Positions 55,500-64,000 of a stretch of 64,000 bases of DNA are shown piece by piece. The translations under genes were made by a program, and so were the position numbers. Below the pieces are notes generated by a model, which was not told the DNA's origin, did not search any database, and was given only the letters and a program-made list of their open reading frames with translations. How positions within the stretch are numbered: position 1 is the stretch's first letter; every line of letters starts with the position of its first letter. This DNA comes from Eledone cirrhosa (lineage: Eukaryota), in contig OZ024740.1 in the NCBI GenBank assembly GCA_964016885.1, positions 359,352,001 to 359,416,000 on the forward strand, read 5' to 3'.

Positions 55500-58300
55500 C
55501 TGCACCCAAACAAATATATATTTGTAAATCCTGGGGTTTTGGTTATGTATTTCTCTGTGTATTTTATCATTCCCAGATCACCTATAGATATTGTTTCTGC
55601 TTTCATCATACACATTCAGGTTATTTCTATCTCCAGATCTTTATATTTCGATAGTTTCTCCATTTCCTTGGTAGATACATTGCCGTCTGTGGGGATTGGT
55701 ATCAATTAGAAGACATTTTTCTTTGATGTCATTGACTATAATATCCGGCCGGTTGACTTTGATCTCCCTGTCTGTGTATAGTGGAATATCCCAGAGAATG
55801 TTTACTTTTCTGTACCATCTTTTTTCTGTTCGTGCGGTGGATTAGCAATATCGGTAGAGGGTCGGACGCCATGCTTTCCAGCATAGTTACGTCCCTTTAC
55901 GATCTGAGTTCAAATCCCGCCGAGGTTGACTTTGCCTTTCATCCTTACGTGGTCGATAAAATAAAGTACCAGTAATGCACTGGGTAATTGCTGGCCTTGT
56001 GCCAAAAGTAGAAACAATTATTTCATAATATTGGGTCGATAAAATAAAGTACCAGTAATACACTGGGATAATTGCTGGCTTTGTGCCAAAAGTAGAAACA
56101 ATTATTTCATAATATTGGAATAACTTCCAGTTTATGTGAATCCCAATTCTATCATATCTGTGGATATATTCCTTTTTGGCTAAGACTGGGCAGCCAGATA
56201 TAATGTGTTAACTGTTTTCCCTACATTCAGATATTCTGCAGTTACTTACTGTATGTGCGTCTGGTGGTTTCTGGTGGGGAGGAGTTGCAATTAGAAATCC
56301 ATCCATCCCGGCTTTTAGTCCCGTGCTTCGTAGCCAGTTTTGTGAGTTTTGCTGGCTTACATCCTTTCTATTCAGCTTTTTCGAGTATCGGCCATGTAAG
56401 GGTTTTTCTAGCCATCGTTTTAACATGGCATTCTGGAGTTCTTTTTCGATTTAGATTTTATGTTTTTCACAATTTCTGTCGGTTTCTCTTCTTTGATTTC
56501 ATTTTCCTCACAATTATCAGTGAATCCAGCTAGGAATTTGTTGGCTTCATTGAAGACAGAGAATAATTTTTTGTTTTGTTCATGTTTCGTGACTATTTCT
56601 ATGAAATATTCCTGCAGTAGTTATTTTACAGCAGTTTTCTAGTTGCACGAGGCCCCTTTCTCCTTGTGTTCGTGATAAGTATAATCTTGCTACATCTGAT
56701 TTTGGATGGTGTCATTATTTTTCTTGTTTTTCTGTCTATTCCAGCTAGTTCCTTTAGTGTTCAGTTCAGAATATTAAAACTGTAGCTTACTACTGGGATC
56801 GCTAGTATTGATGCTAATTGCCTTATTATTTGCATTTAGTTCGGTTTTAAGTAGTAATCTAATCCTTCCATGGTATTCCTTTCTGATCTTTTCTTTTATC
56901 TGTGTGTATTGAGCCCTGTCTAGTTCATTGATTCCTAAATATTTGTATGAATACGTTTGATCTAATTCTCTTATCCCAGTTTCTTTATTTTTGTGAAGCC
57001 GTGTTTTGAGTTGTCTTTCGTTTGCAGCATACAGTTTTATATCGTCCATATATAGGATATGATTAATTTTCTTGTGTAACATCTATACCCTAATCAAGTT
57101 CTGTTTAGTGACTCAGATAATGGTGTTAGTGCTAAACAGAAAAGCAGTGGTGATAGGGAGTCGCCTTAAAATATCCCTCTGTTGATTGAAATGGACTCAG
57201 CTTTTATAATTCCATCCTTCGTTTGTATCGGCAGAACTGATTGCCGCTTACTCATGACATGCTTTTATCAGTTAGATATGATATTGTTAGTAGCGCCACG
57301 AGTAACCAGTTCGGTAGGCAAGATGTGGTAAGAACATCGACAACGACTTTGGCTTGTTTTACATTATTTAATAACAAGGTTGAGTTGTGTAGAGCTGAGT
57401 AGGGCAGGCATGCCAAGAGTAATAAAACAAACGAATTAAGAATTTCAGAAGGCACGGTCCTCTGGCTGAAGTGTTGCCAGGCCGTGGTTAAGTTGTTGTG
57501 TTACATATTGGCTAGTGATTTCACGACGAAAGAAAGTTAGTTGTTTACCTTTCAATGGTTCAAGCAGCAAGAAAGAATTTTTCCCTCAGGACGCGTAGAG
57601 ATACATTCTCCTCCACTGGCGGTCATTGGCTGGGCTGAGCCAAATAACGCACGGAGAATGTATGTGAGCCCGCGGAATGTAGGTGACTACATGCTTGATA
57701 CATGTGTGTTTTGTTGCAGGTGCTACTTTATTCATGTATTGTGTGTTTAGTATCCATGTATGGGGACATCGTCAAAGGCCTTTTGGTAGTCCATCCATGC
57801 CATGCTAGGGGTTGTTTTTCTTTTTGTGTTGTTTTTTTCTGCAGTTTTCGGTTATGGCTTTATTCATTAGCCAGTGATCTTTATAGCCATTTGATACTTT
57901 GCAGCATCCGTTCTGTTCTTCTGGCAGCAGGGTTTCTTTTTCAGGTATTTGGTCAGTTTCTGTGATACTATTTCAGTTAAAGTTTTTTATGTAGTGTGAA
58001 GGCATGTTATGGTCTGTAGTTTTGAGGGTTTATTGTGTCATTATTCTTGTGGATCAGGGTGGTTTTCCATTTAGTGAGCGAATCAGGTGTGTGTGTTTTT
58101 TTTTATTTCTGGTAGCACCTCATTAAAGTTTTTGCAAGTACATCATGTGTCCCTGTTAAATATTTCAACCAAAAGTTGGGGATCGTTCATGCCCAACTGT
58201 CTTCCAATTGCTTGCTTTTTCCAATGTGCTAGACACATCATCTGTTGTAATATCTTCCCACAGTTGTTCAGGTGTTGTTTGTTGTTCAGTTGTAGTGGTG
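55500..58300 (-). mobile_element. Decayed R4/Dong-like RLE non-LTR retrotransposon, interrupted by SINE copies
   Basis: Minus-strand fragments GIF*GDSLSPLLFCLALTPLS, HILYMDDIKLYA (RT core), YKYLG, WLEKPLHGRY, CRI..C, RPDIIV, IGDLG. Boundaries approximate. Confidence 0.8.
55837..56110 (+). mobile_element. tRNA-derived SINE family 1 plus tandem 3'-half duplicate, inside the R4-like element
   Basis: Full copy to ~56023, then gggtcgataaaataaagtaccagt...gaaacaattatt repeated at 56033-56107. Older copies at ~41730, ~47810, ~49260 and ~49500. Confidence 0.8.
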
Positions 58301-61234
58301 GTGGTATTGTTGTAAACTAATTATTTTTGTGTCTATAGAAAACAGTATTGAATAGCTATAAAATACAATAGTCTTCCTTGTATAAAATTATAAGTGAAAG
58401 TGTTGATATAGAGCTGTGTGTTGTGTATTGTGTAGTGTGTGTACGTTGTGTGTGTTTGTATGTGCCTGTTTTTGTGCGTGTGTGTGTGTGTGCTCGGGTG
58501 TGTGCGTATGCGTGAAGAACATCTGATTTTAGCATGAAATGAATTTAGAAGTAAAAGAATCTCTCACAACATTTTAAGAAATTAAATAGTGATAATCCTA
58601 ATTCTAAATGTTTCAATTAATTGATCAAATAACGATGTAAGAAGGTTGGAAATGTTCTGAATGCACCTAAAAATATGGCTAATAATATTCATGAAGCAAG
58701 GGAAACAAGATCGTATCAACCATCATTCAATAAAATTAAATAGATACATATATAAAAGTAGAAACAATAGGATAAACGTTATTTCGTTAAGTGAATAAAT
58801 CATAATTTAACTGCTGATCAGAGCTCATTTAAAATCACAAACATTTAGGCAAAAATGTAATTCATAGAAGAGAAGATAATGATATAATGAACTGATAACA
58901 AAAATGGAAGATCACTACATTGTTATTAAATGAAGCTCTGTGGTTATTGGTTAAATATCAAAGATATACGACTATCTTTCAAACATCTGAATTGTTTGTA
59001 TGAAAATCGTATAAACTAAATTCGGGTTAAATCCGCAGAAATGATAAAAATGATGTTCATCAGCTTCTCTGAAATATTGCGCATTTTATTATGTTTTAAA
59101 GAATAATATAATAATAACTAGGATATATGAATATAACCAAAGCTTCGTAATGTATTAAAATCTATAAATGGGGGAAAGTACTTCCGAAGTGACATGATGT
59201 AAATGATGGTGCATCTAATAAATAGTTATATATCTAATGTCTCAAAAGGAGATATAATTTTCTATAATTGAAGCAATTCAGCAGTTCAACTATCAACACA
59301 TTTTACCAGATTGGATGTGATTTCGTTTTTAAATGTTTTCCGGTTGTTTATAGCAATTGTTTTTGTTTTTTTTTTGTTTTTTTTTGTTTTTTGTTTGTTT
59401 GGTTTTTTTCCGGAGGGGTGGGATTCTGGGCTTTTGGGGGGGGGGTACAGAAACTACATTTTGCTATTTTATGGAAGTTGTTTTTGCTTATCGTGGTAAA
59501 TATTTTATTATCTGATCCCTCGTGTTTACATGGATGAGAAATGTTTCATAAAAATTAAATAGCTGACCCATGCGAGCTTGTTTTATCTAGTTAAACTACT
59601 TAAAATCTTTCACTAAACTTAATAAACCGGATAGCTTCAGCTTTTAATCTCAAAAACATTTAGCCATTTACTTAATATTTCCCTTTCATTATATTTTTGT
59701 GTATCTTTCTATTTTAATGAAAAGAAATTTCGTTAAATAAAACAGAAATATCATTAGTATATATTTGAGCACGAAACAGTAGAAACATACTTAGGAAGTT
59801 TCTCCGAGTTGCTTTTACGAGTGATGGAAGCCAGGAGGCTGAATTAAATCAAGAATTGTGGGAGCTGATGCAGTATTGCGCCAGCTTCATCACTCGGTCG
59901 TCAGAAGAAGAGAGGTAGGTGTTAAACTCAAACTCGCTAACTTCAATTCAGAGTTCATGCTTCCCCTTATCTATCCTAATGGATCTTTGGCATTGACCGA
60001 AAGAATATGATCACGAATACAAGCGGTCCAAATGAGGTTCCTCTGAAGGGTTTTTGCAGTAACATTACTCAATAGGGTGCGTTGCTCGGAGATGAGAGAA
60101 TCGCTCCAGGTAGAGCCGCTTTTTTCCAAATCTCCGGTACTACTGTCATATGTTTAGAATGTTTAAGAATCACAGGATAGTTTTTACGGGCAAAGCCAAC
60201 CGACAGGAGACCCAGAGGTAAACTACAAGCAAAATGGTTGGATAACATACATGAGCTCGGCTGATCATGCATGGATCATTTGGCGACGGATGCTTCTGAT
60301 ATAACCCACAGGAAGACGTGTTTAAGGACTCTACTCCCGTCTGGAATAAATGGGAAGAGGAGGAGGAGCCAACGCATTTCTTGTATTTTATTAAAACTAA
60401 TCTTTGGGAAAATATATTTTTTTAAATGACACGATATTTGTGGGATTTCATATGATGGTGAATAAAAGGATAATAAATATTCCAAGTGGAAATCATTTCC
60501 AATGATTTTTAATAACCAAAATTATTAAAACAGACAATGCAAATTAGAATAATTCTTTTCTTATATAAAATGACAATAAAAATGATGTTCAAAATGAGTA
60601 TAAAGAATGCGATAATATAATGCCTTGGGTATCTGAGAATGTTTCATATAGATTGGTAAACATGTACGAAAAGATAAATATTTATTGTAAAGAGAAAAAC
60701 ATTTATTTCATTCATGGAAAATATACTTTACTGTTTGAATAGAAAGTTGTTGTTGGACGGTTTATTGATAAGTAGAATATTTCCCGTTTTATTGGATGAA
60801 AATGTTCTTTGATATCTTTCATTTTTTTTTAAACGAGAAATGCATTTAAATTTGCAATAAAAAAAAAAGCAAAATAGTATTTTAAGGGGCCTATTTTATA
60901 TTATAATCTGAAAAGATAGATCTGTCCTTTTCCCAAAACTTAAAGATTTGAAATGATGTTATAGAGTCCTTCGTAACATAACTAAGCGCTTATACCATAA
61001 TATTTTATTCATAGGAAACTTTCAAAGACATACATTGTCTAGTGAAATACGTTGTCGCTCAAGGTCTAACTATTTTCGTAGCTATAGGATTACTACTCTA
61101 ACCAATACTTACATAAATTACTGTAATATATATGTAATTTACGATTAATAGTATAAATACACATTTTGCATCATCTCAATCAATAAACTATAGTGTAAAC
61201 ATGATGAACACTCCACGTCTGTAGTATGTATCCA

Positions 61235-61625
61235 TGGTTTGTGTAATAACATAATTGTATTTATTATACACATTTCAATAATGCAAGTGCATTACAATTA
61301 TGAAATTGCAACAACAACAGTTGACATGACATCATCAGATAGTTACATAAAAATAATCATGCATGGAGGTCTATAACAGAAAATAAATTTGTTGAAATGC
61401 GTCCATATTTGTGTCACATGGGCACACACGATTATTGAAGTGTTTCAATACTGGACACATATCAACAACTTTATTTGCTCTAATAGATTTCTATTCATAA
61501 TTATCCATATATAACTATCAGATGATGTCATGCCAGTTATTGTTGTTGTTGCAATTTCATAACTTCAATGCACTTGAGTTGCTGAAATTTACATAATAAA
61601 TATGATTATGTAATTACACAAACCA
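61235..61625. repeat. Diverged foldback element (~115-bp arms)
   Basis: tggtttgtgtaat...gacatcatcagatagtta versus taactatcagatgatgtc...attacacaaacca. Confidence 0.7.
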
Positions 61626-61688
61626 AACTTAAGATTTATTCATATATATACATATATAAAAGCGCGCACGCGCGCACACACACACACG

Positions 61689-61798
<110 letters not shown>

Positions 61799-63232
61799 AA
61801 TTAGAAGCCCAAATAATGCATATAAAGAATCAACACAGTTTGTTTTTTTTATCTCAGTCTTAAAAGATTTTCGTCAGTGAATCTAGTAGCGATTCACTGA
61901 TGAAAGTCTTTTAAGACTGAAATTAAAACAAAAATACTACGTTTTGATTTTTTATACGCATTGTTTGGGCTTCTTGTCATTTGAAATTCTTATATTCTCA
62001 CAATACTTTAAAACATTGCCTCGAAACTCATTTCGTATAAATGTTTGTTAAGCTGATTTCTCTCTTCTGGTTTTTATACTCTGTGATGCTATTTGATACC
62101 AGGTAGCAGTAGCTTCTCATTCCTACGTTACAAATGAAACTAGTAATCAACCTCTGGTATGACTCTACTTCACTTTGGAAATCAAACCATCGCTTTGAGT
62201 GCTGAACGTGGTTGACGCCTGGATCTTCTGCAATCTAATAAACCGATATACATATGGATGTGTGTGTGTGTGTGTGTGTGTGTGTCTGTGTGTCTGTGTG
62301 TCTGTGTTTGTGTGTGGAGATAAGTCTCCTTTAGAAATTTTAGAGGAATAGACGAGCGTTTCTGGTGGATTTTACCATTATTTATATATGTAAATATGTA
62401 TGAGTGAGTATTTAATCCAATGTATTCATGAGTATATCTGGCATCTTACTGCATGTTCAAGAAAGAATAACAGACGTATATTAATTGCCACAGATTCCAG
62501 AAGATGATAAATACTTCTATTCAAACTCAACTGTGCACAGAAGCCAAGAATCGCAAAATATGTAATAATTTACATTTCGAATATCTTGAAATTACTGGCA
62601 CCAAACATTTGCATTTAAAGCTCTGTAAATTCTTGAAATGCTCATGCATCAAATATCAACATTTCAAAATTACTCTTTACATTTAAGAAGTGAGCAATGA
62701 AAAATATTAGGCTTCATGACAGCTATTCATTATCATCGCGCAAGGGAATGTGTGGCATAGATATTAGCACTTTCAAACAGTACTCGTACATTCTGCTATA
62801 TCCATCTCAAACAAGCTTCCAGCATAGTAGAATACATTGATATTAACAGCGATATCAGTATTCTTCATTCATAAATTACCATATGTATGGAAGCACCGAA
62901 TCTCATTGTAGTTGCCTAACATCGTCAACGTAAAATCGTTGAAACTACTAAAAGTGTAAAATTGATTCGATACCGCTTTTGTAATTTTTTGACTTCAAGA
63001 TTCTACACTTGGTGCACTCGCGAATGAATAAATATTGATTAATTAAAATAATGTGTTTAGTGGTTGATTTATTAATTGATTAGGTGATTGACTATTGAGT
63101 AAACATGCGAATGTTCATTTACTCAATAAATAAAGTCATACTCACGTTGAGGTGTTGCAGTGTGTAATTTTGTTTTTCAAAGAATATTATTCTATGATTT
63201 AATATGATCTTCTTTCTTTTATATTCATAAAG

Positions 63233-63412
63233 GTGAATTCAAGAAATTTGCATTAGATTGGCAGACAAGTACGTGGTGTTTGGTAGCAGGTATACTTGGA
63301 ACTGTTTCCAGTGAAATGAGCGTATATACACTCACTATTATCACACTTGAGCGTTTCTACGTCATCACACACACCATGCAGCTGGACAAACGCTTATCCT
63401 TGAGACGTGCAG
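63233..63412 (+). CDS. rk: Coding exon (ECL1, TM3, ICL2) of a type-B LGR / bursicon receptor-like GPCR
   Basis: Pyrimidine tract then aaag| ... gcag|gtaaaa, 180 bp, phase 1/1. Translates (G)EFKKFALDWQTSTWCLVAGILGTVSSEMSVYTLTIITLERFYVITHTMQLDKRLSLRRA, with the LGR SExSVYTLxxITLER motif, in frame with the 39602 exon. Confidence 0.93.
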
Positions 63413-63633
63413 GTAAAAATATTTATCAATAATTGACTTATATGTATATTTTTGAAGATGTTTAAAAGTATATGCTTATGTGTTTCTATTAAACACACAC
63501 ACATACACACACACAGAGACACATTATACGTATGTGTAAGTGTGCTAAAGTGCATAAACGGGGGGGACTCCTCATAGATGGTGTAATACATATATATTCC
63601 TTTAATAAAAGCTTAACTCACACTCTCTTTCTT

Positions 63634-63704
<71 letters not shown>

Positions 63705-64000
63705 GTATCTCCCTCGCCCTTCCTAATTTTACGCTAAACAACTTTTCATATCACTGATGTAACATTTAAAGTCGTGTTCTAGATTCATTAGCATAAAAAC
63801 CAAAAGCAAATTGCAATTAAAATGAAAAAGAACGTATGTGATGAAAAATAGTAGGGAAATAAATGAATGTAAAACCTTATCATACGAACAAAGATATGAA
63901 AACATGAGAACAATTTAGAAATTAGGTTTTCCAATGCGCTGCTGAAAATCCAGTCATATGGACTGGTTTGATGAAAATTATGTCGTGGTCCACACAGAAA

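Noticed and set aside
59780-60400. Moderately GC-rich stretch possibly from an old LINE
   Set aside because: No identifiable protein motif or terminal structure.

Overview
AT-rich, microsatellite-dense animal genomic DNA, most likely an octopod cephalopod (inferred from the tRNA-derived SINE families and repeat landscape). The only host gene I can support is three + strand coding exons (7093-7275, 39602-39829, 63233-63412) of a type-B leucine-rich-repeat GPCR resembling the bursicon receptor rickets/LGR2; the rest is intronic. The introns hold a decayed RepHel Helitron with a head-to-tail deleted second unit, other Helitron pieces, two CRE-clade and one R4-like RLE retroelement remnants, a maT/Tc1-mariner relic and many SINEs. 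The most striking signal lies between about 23 and 45 kb: at least 16 type-I hammerhead ribozyme motifs with intact catalytic cores, from about 10 sequence families. Three of those families carry the U3-A8 covariant core. They sit in Penelope-like (GIY-YIG) modules embedded in (TA)n microsatellites, repeatedly arranged as head-to-head palindromes with element 3' ends facing outward. All calls were made by eye and none was database-checked.
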